IMG/VR virus record: IMGVR_UViG_3300027736_001324 | Location: 124,001-188,000 of that record | DNA length: 64,000 nt | Direction: 5' to 3' (one strand) | Part shown: positions 55,767 to 64,000 of the stretch, piece by piece | Numbering within the stretch: the stretch's first letter is position 1 | Layout of the letters: every line of letters begins with the position of its first letter | The notes under the pieces: generated by a model | Databases searched by the model: none | The model's input: only the letters and a program-made list of their open reading frames with translations | Told to the model about the DNA's origin: nothing | Made by a program: the position numbers and the translations under genes

Positions 55767-56855
55767 ATGGGAATATCATTTGGACCAATGCGAATATCGG
55801 GATTTACTGCGGTAATAATTTCAGTACCTAATGCACCCACAGTAGGTACTGCAACTGCTACTGGAACAACAACAGCTACATTAACTTATACTGCCCCTGC
55901 ATATAACGGTGGCTCTACTATAACTAGTTATACTGCAACCTCAAATCCCGCCGGCGGATCTGGTACATTGAGTCAAGCAGGGTCAGGCACTATTAATATT
56001 ACTGGATTATCACCGGGTACAGCATATACATTTACTGTTACTGCAACAAATTCAATTGGTACAAGTTCTCCTAGTTCTGCAAGCAATCAAATTACTACAA
56101 CCGCAGCAGCCGGGCAACAAGCATATACAACTGCTGGATACTATATATGGACAGCACCAGCTGGCGTAACATCAGTTAGTGTAGTTACAATAGGCGGCGG
56201 CGGCGGAGGATATAATAATGCAGGTGGAGGTGGTGGCCTAGGCTGGCAAAATAATATTGCAGTTGTGCCGGGAAATACATATCCGGTTTACGTTGGTCCC
56301 GGTGGCGCAGGATCTTTTTCGTCACCGGATTGTGATGGAAGTGCATCACATTTTAATAATTCAGTTTTTGGCAATGGAGGATTGGGCGGCGGCAGCGGCG
56401 GGTCAGGTGGTGGATATTCAGGCGCCACCGGTGGCGGCACGGGCGGCAACGGCGGAACCTTTTGGGGAGGCTACGGCGGCGGCGGTGGCGCCGGCGGCTA
56501 CTCAGGTAACGGCGGGAACGGATCAACTGCTAGCAACCAGAATGGTAGCGATGGCGCAGGAGGAGGTGGCGGCGGTGGCGGCGGGTCGGTTAGCGGCGGC
56601 TCACAAAGAGCCGGTAACGGCGGAGGTGTAGGAATATATGGTCAAAGTAACAATGGTGCCGGCGGGGTCTATGATATTGACGGTGGTCGCGGAGGAGGTG
56701 GAGGTTCGGGCGGCAGCTCCGGGGCATCTGCTACATATGGTGTAGCGGGTGGTGCATACGGCGGAGGAGGTTCAGGCGGTGCTTGTCCAGGCGGCGACGG
56801 AGCCGTATATATAGTCTGGCCTGGATCAACACGATCTTTCCCGTCAAGTATATAG
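55767..56855 (+). CDS. fibronectin type III plus glycine-rich domain virion protein
   Basis: PNAPTVG...NGGSTITSY...GLSPGTAYTFTVTATNSIG (Fn3); WTAPAGVTSVSVVTIGGGGGG glycine-rich domain. Confidence 0.8.
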   Translation: MGISFGPMRISGFTAVIISVPNAPTVGTATATGTTTATLTYTAPAYNGGSTITSYTATSNPAGGSGTLSQAGSGTINITGLSPGTAYTFTVTATNSIGTSSPSSASNQITTTAAAGQQAYTTAGYYIWTAPAGVTSVSVVTIGGGGGGYNNAGGGGGLGWQNNIAVVPGNTYPVYVGPGGAGSFSSPDCDGSASHFNNSVFGNGGLGGGSGGSGGGYSGATGGGTGGNGGTFWGGYGGGGGAGGYSGNGGNGSTASNQNGSDGAGGGGGGGGGSVSGGSQRAGNGGGVGIYGQSNNGAGGVYDIDGGRGGGGGSGGSSGASATYGVAGGAYGGGGSGGACPGGDGAVYIVWPGSTRSFPSSI

Positions 56856-56906
56856 GTCATCAACAACCTTCAATCAAAACGATAAATACTATAATAAGGA
56901 AGTATT

Positions 56907-57527
56907 ATGGTAACACTAGATTTATTGACACATATGTGTCCCCGAACAAAATCAAGTATTCTTGAGGGATACTTAGAACCACTAAACACAGTGGCTGAAT
57001 ACTATGACATGAATGTTAATCCAGCAAGATTGGCAGGCTTTCTAGCACAAACAGCACATGAATCCGGTGGATATACTGCTATTAAAGAAAATTTAAACTA
57101 TAGTGCTAAGGGTCTACGTGGTACATTTGGTAAATATTTTCCCAACGATGAACTAGCAAATCAATATGCTAAAAAGCCAGAACGTATTGCTAATCGTGTC
57201 TATGCTAATCGTATGAGTAATGGCCCAGAAGAATCAGGTGATGGATATCGCTTCTGTGGTCGTGGACTAATTCAATTAACAGGTCGTGCTAACTATACAA
57301 AATTTGCAGCAGATTTAGGCATGAGTTTAGAAGATACAATAGCTTACTTAGAAACGCCAAACGGTGCTGTAGCAAGTGCTGGATGGTTCTGGGATAATAA
57401 CAAACTAAATCAATACTGTGATAGTGGAGATTTTGTAACATTAACTAAACGTATCAATGGTGGTACAATTGGTTTAGAAGATAGAAAGCATCATTACGAA
57501 TTAGCGATGCATTATTTAACAAGTTAA
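56907..57527 (+). CDS. GH19 chitinase-like lysozyme (endolysin)
   Basis: FLAQTAHESGG, ENLNYS, GRGLIQLTGRANY and INGGTIGL motifs; late box at 56881. Confidence 0.92.
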   Translation: MVTLDLLTHMCPRTKSSILEGYLEPLNTVAEYYDMNVNPARLAGFLAQTAHESGGYTAIKENLNYSAKGLRGTFGKYFPNDELANQYAKKPERIANRVYANRMSNGPEESGDGYRFCGRGLIQLTGRANYTKFAADLGMSLEDTIAYLETPNGAVASAGWFWDNNKLNQYCDSGDFVTLTKRINGGTIGLEDRKHHYELAMHYLTS

Positions 57528-57528
57528 T

Positions 57529-60324
57529 ATGGCACAACCAACTTGGATTACCCCCGCAGGTTCTATAGGAACTTATCCCTATGGATATACTATGACTTTT
57601 TTGGTTTCAGCCACTCCAGTGGATCCGGCAGCTACAATAACATATACTTTATTATCCGGATCACTTCCTACTAATCTAACATTGAAAACAAGTAACGGAT
57701 TAATAAGTGGTGTACCTACACTAGTTACACAAAATACTACAACTTCATTTACTATTCGTGCAACTGATAACTTGGGTAATATACGTGACAGGACGTTTAG
57801 CATAACCGTGTCAGGGACTGCTGTACCACAATTTACCACTCCCGCTGGTTCGTTGAAAAATGTAAACGATAGCACATGGACACAAATTCAAGTACAATAC
57901 GCTAATCCTGATACGACAAATAATGTAATAGTTGATTTGCAAGAAGGACTATTACCTCCGGGGCTTGAATTATCTGAATCAGGGCTTATTCAAGGTTATG
58001 CACTCCCGCCAATAATTAATTTAACACTACCCACTGTAACAACTGTAGCATTGTCATCAAGTTCAACTACTGATTATATTTCATGTTTTGACAATTCTAT
58101 AAACAGTACTATGATAGGAAGACCGGTTGTATTTACTAATACATTCGGGGATATTGTATCTAATCAAACTTACTATATAAGAGATGTTAATACATCAAAT
58201 AATTCATTTTCAATATCTGCTACTGAATTTGGTACTGCATTACCATTGGCCGATGCGTCGGGCACAATGAATGTTACGTTACCGAGTATCTCTACCGGAC
58301 AACCCACAAAAAGAACATATTCATTTGTGTTAAGACTATTAAGCCCACTTGGCGGCAATATTGCTTCTTATTCAATTACTGTTATTAATCAAAACTTGCC
58401 CTTAAGTCAAGGGGGTACATTAGGATTACAGCCTAATACTAGACCACCAACTATATTAAATACAAGACCATTAGTTATTGCTCCAACTGATAATGATCCA
58501 TATTATGGTTATTATATTTTACCACCTATCCCACCTACACAGGCTGCACAAATAGGAACAATTCAAAGTGATAACTACTTTGCATTTAAAGTGTTAGGCT
58601 ACGATTTTGATGGAAATAATTTAGAATATATATTCTCTAACTTGCCAAGTTGGATGTCAGGTAATTCAACTACAGGATGGTTGACTGGATATCCTATATT
58701 AGATGTAAAGAGTATAATTAATTATAATTTTACAGTAAGCGTGAGAAAAGTAAATAGCCCATCTATAACATCAGGTAATTTTAATTTCTCACTTACATTA
58801 AGTTTTGATATATTAGGTAATATTATATGGATTACTACTGAAAATTTAGGGACTGTTTACAACGGTAGTATCAGTACATTAAAAGTTGAAGCAGTATCTG
58901 ACACAGAAGATTTACAATATAGATTAACTTCAGGATCATTACCTCCTGACTTAGAATTGTTATCTAACGGAGAAATAATAGGTATTATAGCGGATCAACC
59001 TACATCACAAATGTTAGATGCATCCACTACTACTAATTTTAGTTTCACAGTACAGGCATATTCAACTACATATAATTCAATATTTTCTAGTAAAACATTT
59101 GAAGTAAATGTATATCAAGAATATAATCAACCAACTGACATATTGTACATAGAAGCATCGCCTAGCATACAGGATAGACAACTTCTTAATACATTATTAG
59201 ATAATGACGCTCTAATAGACCCTCTATTATTATATAGACCAACTGACGTTCATTTTGGAAAAGCTACTAATGTTATATATGAACATGCGTATGGAATATA
59301 TGCTAGTGATATAAATCAATATATTGCAGCAATACAAAGAAAAAATCACTATTGGAGAAATATTACTTTAGGTGAATTAAAAACTGCGGTGGCAAAAAAT
59401 GATGCAGGCGAGATTATATATGAAGTGGTGTATAGTGAAGTAATAGATAACTTAGTTAATCCGTCCGGTGTAAGTGTTCCTGCTGAAATAAACTGGCCTC
59501 GCCCAATAGATTTAAATTTAGGGGCATGGTATACTAGTGTAACTAATATTTTTACAAGCTATTATTTTGGTCAACCGGGAAGTACGTTAAGTGTAACTGC
59601 TACTGCTGCCACAACCAATCAGATTACTTGCGGTTCAACTGTGGGTTTATTGTCAGGTAGACAAATAATGTTTTCTGGCACTACTTTTGGAAACATTGAA
59701 GCAGGTACTACTTATTATGTTCTTAGTGTTGATAGTACAACTGAATTCACGGTATCTACTACCCCCTACAATGGGACTGCTATGGTATTAACTACTGATA
59801 CAGGTTTGATGGATTGTATTATATATGAGCCTACCTTCTATACCAGTTTAACTCCGGGCTATGCTATAACGTTATATCCTAATAGTTTGTTCAATATGCG
59901 TAATCAAGTAGCCGATGTATTAGGACAAGTGTATAATAGTACATTATTACCGCAATGGATGACGAGTCAACAAGAAAATGGTAGTACATTGGGATATACT
60001 CAGGCTTGGGTTATATGTTATACAAAACCAAGAGAAACCGGTGGAATAAGTCCTGCGGAAGTTATAAAAACAAATATAGAAACAAATTGGGGATATACAA
60101 ACGCACAAGGTAACTTTGTACATTACTCATTGAATCAAATTAATTTTGAACTTGATAGATTTACCGTTAATAAGAGTGCTACATATGATTGGGATAATGG
60201 ATTAAACCCACCTGCTTGGACCGGACTACCAAGTGCTACCCCTACTCCCAATCCATTAAATAGCCAAGATTTTTATGTGTTATTCCCTAGACAAACTATT
60301 TTACCGGACGAATCACAATACTAA
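57529..60324 (+). CDS. baseplate wedge-like protein with Ig-like repeats
   Basis: repeated SGSLPxxLxL..GLISG Ig-like units; C-terminal LPQWMTSQQ...LGYTQAWVICYTKP. Confidence 0.7.
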   Translation: MAQPTWITPAGSIGTYPYGYTMTFLVSATPVDPAATITYTLLSGSLPTNLTLKTSNGLISGVPTLVTQNTTTSFTIRATDNLGNIRDRTFSITVSGTAVPQFTTPAGSLKNVNDSTWTQIQVQYANPDTTNNVIVDLQEGLLPPGLELSESGLIQGYALPPIINLTLPTVTTVALSSSSTTDYISCFDNSINSTMIGRPVVFTNTFGDIVSNQTYYIRDVNTSNNSFSISATEFGTALPLADASGTMNVTLPSISTGQPTKRTYSFVLRLLSPLGGNIASYSITVINQNLPLSQGGTLGLQPNTRPPTILNTRPLVIAPTDNDPYYGYYILPPIPPTQAAQIGTIQSDNYFAFKVLGYDFDGNNLEYIFSNLPSWMSGNSTTGWLTGYPILDVKSIINYNFTVSVRKVNSPSITSGNFNFSLTLSFDILGNIIWITTENLGTVYNGSISTLKVEAVSDTEDLQYRLTSGSLPPDLELLSNGEIIGIIADQPTSQMLDASTTTNFSFTVQAYSTTYNSIFSSKTFEVNVYQEYNQPTDILYIEASPSIQDRQLLNTLLDNDALIDPLLLYRPTDVHFGKATNVIYEHAYGIYASDINQYIAAIQRKNHYWRNITLGELKTAVAKNDAGEIIYEVVYSEVIDNLVNPSGVSVPAEINWPRPIDLNLGAWYTSVTNIFTSYYFGQPGSTLSVTATAATTNQITCGSTVGLLSGRQIMFSGTTFGNIEAGTTYYVLSVDSTTEFTVSTTPYNGTAMVLTTDTGLMDCIIYEPTFYTSLTPGYAITLYPNSLFNMRNQVADVLGQVYNSTLLPQWMTSQQENGSTLGYTQAWVICYTKPRETGGISPAEVIKTNIETNWGYTNAQGNFVHYSLNQINFELDRFTVNKSATYDWDNGLNPPAWTGLPSATPTPNPLNSQDFYVLFPRQTILPDESQY

Positions 60325-60346
60325 ATATATATAACGGAATAAAAAC

Positions 60347-61879
60347 ATGAGTACAATCAACACAACCGCAATAAATGTAAATTACCCTGTCCCGGGCGTT
60401 AACAATAACAGCCAGGGATTCAGAGATAATTTTGCTTCTATCGTAAACAATTTAAATGCCGCCGGCAATGAAATAACTGACCTACAAAATAAAGTTGTAG
60501 TTAAACAAGCATTACTAGGCACTACAATTAATAATGATATGGCTAATACACTTATCAGTAATGCAAGTACACGTGGCTTTAGAGCAACAACTTATAATTT
60601 AGGTAACGCATTAGCCGGTACTGTACTAGTTGATGTGTCATTAGGTGATGTACAGTATGGAACAGTTGCTGCAAATACTACAATCAATTTTGGTAGTTGG
60701 GCACCAACTGGTACTCAAAGCAATGTGCAACTAAATCTATCAGTTTCAAATGCTAATGCTGTAATCAGTTTTCCAAGTGAATTAGTAATCTCCAATGATG
60801 ATGGTGTTATGTTACTTGAAAACTTTGCTAATATTGGTACTATACCAACTGTTACAGTACCAAATGGAGTAACACAACTTAACTATTTGATAAGTTCAAC
60901 TGATTGCGGCAACACATTGTATATTCAACCAATCAATAGACCAAGACAATCAACTCAGATTCAACAAAAACTTATTTCCCCTAAAGGATTTCAAGGTGAT
61001 GTTAATGGTGATATCGCAGTTGGGCCATCGTTTAATCAATTATCTGTGTTATCGTCAAATACAGGAATGTCTCTGTCTACCGTAGTGATTTCAAATACTT
61101 CAGGTGGGTTTACTTGTAGTGCGACATCATTACCATTAGCAGTGGATCAACAATTGAGAATATCTGGAACTGCAGGTGGCACAGGTAGTATCAGTGGGTA
61201 TTCAGATCCTAGTACATATTATATTATAGCTACCAATGGAACAACTAACTTTCAATTATCAACTACTAGCGGCGGCTCAAACATTACAACAACAACCGGA
61301 ACACCTACTGGTTTAACATATAAAGTTAATAATGGATATTTAAATGTAGCAGATACTACTCAACTATATACCGATTTGCCAATTGTATTCACTGGTACTA
61401 GTTTTGAAGCTAATATCACTAGCGGTGCTACATATTATGTTAGAAATGTTTCTGCTAATACATACTTTACAGTTTCATCAACTATTGGTGGTGCCAATGT
61501 AAACTTGGCAGGCGGGTCTGGTACAATGTATGCAAACCCAGTGTCGTATGTATATGTCGCTACAGACTCATATAATTCTTCATCATACGGAACATCAGTA
61601 ACACAAACATATGCTAATGGCATGATAACCTTAAGTGGCAATACTGGAAGTTTAGCAAATAATGCCCCAATCATTTTTGCTGCTAATATGGGAGGATTAG
61701 TTTCAAACACTGTTTATTATGTTAAATCCTTCTCCGGCGCCAATATTACAGTAAGTTTAAGTAGATCAAATGGAGTAGCAGATACTACCGTTGTCCTATC
61801 TGGTAATACTACTGCAACAACTGCAACATTCTATGTTGGCAATGATATCTGGAAAAGAATCGCACTATCTTCTTGGTGA
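60347..61879 (+). CDS. baseplate/tail structural protein
   Basis: YPVPGVNNNSQGFRDNF...EITDLQ; C-terminal WKRIALSSW; late box at 60320. Confidence 0.72.
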   Translation: MSTINTTAINVNYPVPGVNNNSQGFRDNFASIVNNLNAAGNEITDLQNKVVVKQALLGTTINNDMANTLISNASTRGFRATTYNLGNALAGTVLVDVSLGDVQYGTVAANTTINFGSWAPTGTQSNVQLNLSVSNANAVISFPSELVISNDDGVMLLENFANIGTIPTVTVPNGVTQLNYLISSTDCGNTLYIQPINRPRQSTQIQQKLISPKGFQGDVNGDIAVGPSFNQLSVLSSNTGMSLSTVVISNTSGGFTCSATSLPLAVDQQLRISGTAGGTGSISGYSDPSTYYIIATNGTTNFQLSTTSGGSNITTTTGTPTGLTYKVNNGYLNVADTTQLYTDLPIVFTGTSFEANITSGATYYVRNVSANTYFTVSSTIGGANVNLAGGSGTMYANPVSYVYVATDSYNSSSYGTSVTQTYANGMITLSGNTGSLANNAPIIFAANMGGLVSNTVYYVKSFSGANITVSLSRSNGVADTTVVLSGNTTATTATFYVGNDIWKRIALSSW

Positions 61880-61890
61880 TAAATATTTGA

Positions 61891-62154
61891 ATGGAACATC
61901 CATTCTTAGATAAGAAAAAACTGGCCGAAAAGACATTAGAGGAAATCCAGACTGATTTAACCGGTCTGATGAATAAACTAACCTTTGCTTCTCGTACAGG
62001 TAATAGGCCATTAATTAATCAGCTTCATATGGTAATTGAAACGTATCGTAATGAAGCCAGCAAAAAACTTGACGATGTTATGAAAAAACAAAACATTCAA
62101 GGTCAAGTATCAATACAAAAAGAGGATCAAATTGGCAACAAAAATAGAACGTGA
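61891..62154 (+). CDS. hypothetical protein
   Basis: late box 5 nt before the ATG. Confidence 0.7.
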   Translation: MEHPFLDKKKLAEKTLEEIQTDLTGLMNKLTFASRTGNRPLINQLHMVIETYRNEASKKLDDVMKKQNIQGQVSIQKEDQIGNKNRT

Positions 62155-62737
62155 ATTCGCATTCCAAGCTGGGGTTTATTTTGAAGGTGAATTCTTAATG
62201 ACCATATATGAACTTGCATTAAAAATGGAAGTTGATACAGCATCTATTAAAGAACAGAATATAGCAATGGACAGAATACATTACTTCTTGCATGAATGTT
62301 TGGGTAATAGTATCTTTGTACAAGATTCAGAAAAAAAAGCTATAGAAAAGTATATGCAAGCTGATATCAAAGTCTGTACATTACCTGACGAACCATATGA
62401 TCAAATCATAACCATATTATTATTGCTTAAACTAAATGCAATAACAGAAGGCAAACTGCATATTACCGATATTTCACTTATGTCTGGGTTAAGTGATGAT
62501 GTTAAATTTGTATATGACATAGAAAATGTGTCTAATCACCCATTTGGTAATAAGGGCTGGTGGAGTGATAGTTCTACTAATATGTCAGATATAACCAAAT
62601 CTAACAAAAAGGATAAAATTGTTAGACTGGTAAAACAACATTCTGATTGGTGGAGCGTTGGGTTAGATTGGGAACAAAAAGAATATACCACTACTGAAAT
62701 TATTTTTAGTAATGACCATGAAAAACAACCATTATAG
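62132..62737 (+). CDS. hypothetical protein
   Basis: GAGGA RBS, TTG start, 201 aa. Confidence 0.72.
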   Translation: MATKIEREFAFQAGVYFEGEFLMTIYELALKMEVDTASIKEQNIAMDRIHYFLHECLGNSIFVQDSEKKAIEKYMQADIKVCTLPDEPYDQIITILLLLKLNAITEGKLHITDISLMSGLSDDVKFVYDIENVSNHPFGNKGWWSDSSTNMSDITKSNKKDKIVRLVKQHSDWWSVGLDWEQKEYTTTEIIFSNDHEKQPL

Positions 62738-62766
62738 TTGATTTACACAAAAGTCTATGTTATAAT
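62738..62766 (+). promoter_or_regulatory. sigma70-type promoter for the DnaE N-half
   Basis: TTGATT-17 bp-TATAAT with extended TG; ATG 6 nt downstream. Confidence 0.7.
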
Positions 62767-62772
62767 ACATAG

Positions 62773-63288
62773 ATGAAAATTGATAATTATGGACAAATAA
62801 TTCTCACAGAAGATGATCTGTGTGATTTGTATATGAGTGATCCAGCCCGCACCATTAAAGATTGTCTTGTAGATAAGCAAATAAATCTGGACAGTACGCA
62901 CATCTTTCTCTCAGAAGAAAATCTACCTACATTAGTAGAATACATAGATAAAAAATTATCAGTTGAAGAATTTGATAAAGAAAATCAATCTCAGTGGCAA
63001 ATGCCCGTAGAATACTACGAAATGGATATTGCTAAATGGGTATTAGATCAATGTAAAAACGAAGAAGAACTGCAACGTGCAGGCAACGAATTAATAAAAT
63101 TCCATGATAGGGATATGTTCCCATTATTGAAGTATTTAAAATATCTAGTTGACACAATGCGTAGAAACAATATTGTATGGGGCGTAGGTCGTGGTAGTAG
63201 TGTAGCAAGCTATGTATTGTATTTGATTGGAATTCATCGTATAAATAGTTTGTACTACCAATTATCGGTAGATGAATTTTTAAAATAA
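62773..63288 (+). CDS. DnaE (Pol III alpha)-like mini-polymerase, N-terminal half
   Basis: R...EL..F...M..LLKY...LVD..R..NIVWGVGRGSSVASYVLYLIGIHRINSLYYQLSVDEFLK matches DnaE VGPGRGSAAGSLVAYxLGITxIDPLxYDLLFERFL. Confidence 0.85.
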   Translation: MKIDNYGQIILTEDDLCDLYMSDPARTIKDCLVDKQINLDSTHIFLSEENLPTLVEYIDKKLSVEEFDKENQSQWQMPVEYYEMDIAKWVLDQCKNEEELQRAGNELIKFHDRDMFPLLKYLKYLVDTMRRNNIVWGVGRGSSVASYVLYLIGIHRINSLYYQLSVDEFLK

Positions 63289-63298
63289 GGAGATTAAA

Positions 63299-63661
63299 AT
63301 GGCTATAGTTAGATCCGCAATGGGAAAAAGTGTTGATATGTCAGCACTAGTATCCAAAAATGAAAAAACAAGAGCAGTGGGTAATGTTAAAAATCTAAAT
63401 GCACGTGGTGATACCATTGATGCATTTGGTAAAGTTATCAAACCCGTGACTGAAAAGGTAAATAATGCATACAGCAAAACAGTAGGTAATCGTTCTGCTC
63501 AACCGCTAAAAAGACCTAGACCAACAATTCAACCAGATTCTGCCCCTACCCCAACACTTGATTTGATTGAGTTAACCCCAGAAGAATTGGAATTGGAAGA
63601 ATCGTTTAATGATGATTTGGAAGTTGAACAAATCAAAGCCAAAGAAACAAAGAAGAAATAA
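63299..63661 (+). CDS. hypothetical protein
   Basis: AGGAG RBS; SAMGKSVDM..L...NE..RAVGN..NARGD motif. Confidence 0.75.
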   Translation: MAIVRSAMGKSVDMSALVSKNEKTRAVGNVKNLNARGDTIDAFGKVIKPVTEKVNNAYSKTVGNRSAQPLKRPRPTIQPDSAPTPTLDLIELTPEELELEESFNDDLEVEQIKAKETKKK

Positions 63662-63662
63662 C

Positions 63663-64000
63663 ATGGAAGAAAAGAAATTAGCATTTGACCCGCATAAATT
63701 CACTAAAGACCAATTCAGACCAATCGGCGCACATATCATTGTTTATGATATGAGTTTTGATGTTCGTATTACCACTAGTGGTATACTATTACCAAATGAT
63801 GATATGAAAAGTGCAGGTATCAGGCCTCGTTGGGGAAAGATATACAAGATTGGTGCAGAGAATAAAGACCCTGATTTGTATGAAGAATTATGGGTCATGG
63901 TAAGTCATGGTCGTTGGACACGTGGTATCGACATTGAAGATGAAACGGGTAAGAAAACATTGCGTAGAGTTGATCCTAGTGATATACTATTAGCGTCAGA
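63663..64000 (+). CDS. GroES-like co-chaperonin, truncated by the window end (not in ORF track)
   Basis: FRPIGAHIIV...TTSGILLP...PRWGKIYKIG...DILLAS matches the GroES pattern. Confidence 0.8.
   Translation, partial: MEEKKLAFDPHKFTKDQFRPIGAHIIVYDMSFDVRITTSGILLPNDDMKSAGIRPRWGKIYKIGAENKDPDLYEELWVMVSHGRWTRGIDIEDETGKKTLRRVDPSDILLAS

Overview
This window is a 64-kb, AT-rich segment of a large T4-like (contractile-tailed) bacteriophage genome. The IscA sequence suggests a betaproteobacterial host, which is an inference. Replication and recombination genes include gp32 SSB, UvsX, UvsY, UvsW, primase, helicase, exonucleases and dNMP kinase. There is also an early region of small genes, each behind a near-identical sigma70 promoter cassette, and auxiliary genes for IscA, MazG, Nudix and GroES. 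Morphogenesis genes cover neck, tail sheath, tail tube, head completion, probable TerS, baseplate, two fibres (one a 2796-aa collagen) and a GH19 lysin. The most striking items are: (1) a miniaturised DnaE (Pol III alpha) core split into two genes about 48 kb apart, broken between the LLFERFL and PDIDIDF motifs and keeping all three catalytic Asp; (2) a translationally coupled array of 10-11 small paralogues ending in F-x-L-R-W, in the same operon as the DnaE C-half and an exonuclease; (3) repeated leaderless promoter-ATG geometry; (4) a GC-rich switch-like RNA leader; (5) a putative virion-packaged RNA-ligase-fold protein. No tRNA, rRNA or CRISPR array was recognised. All calls come from motif recognition by eye; no database searches were run.
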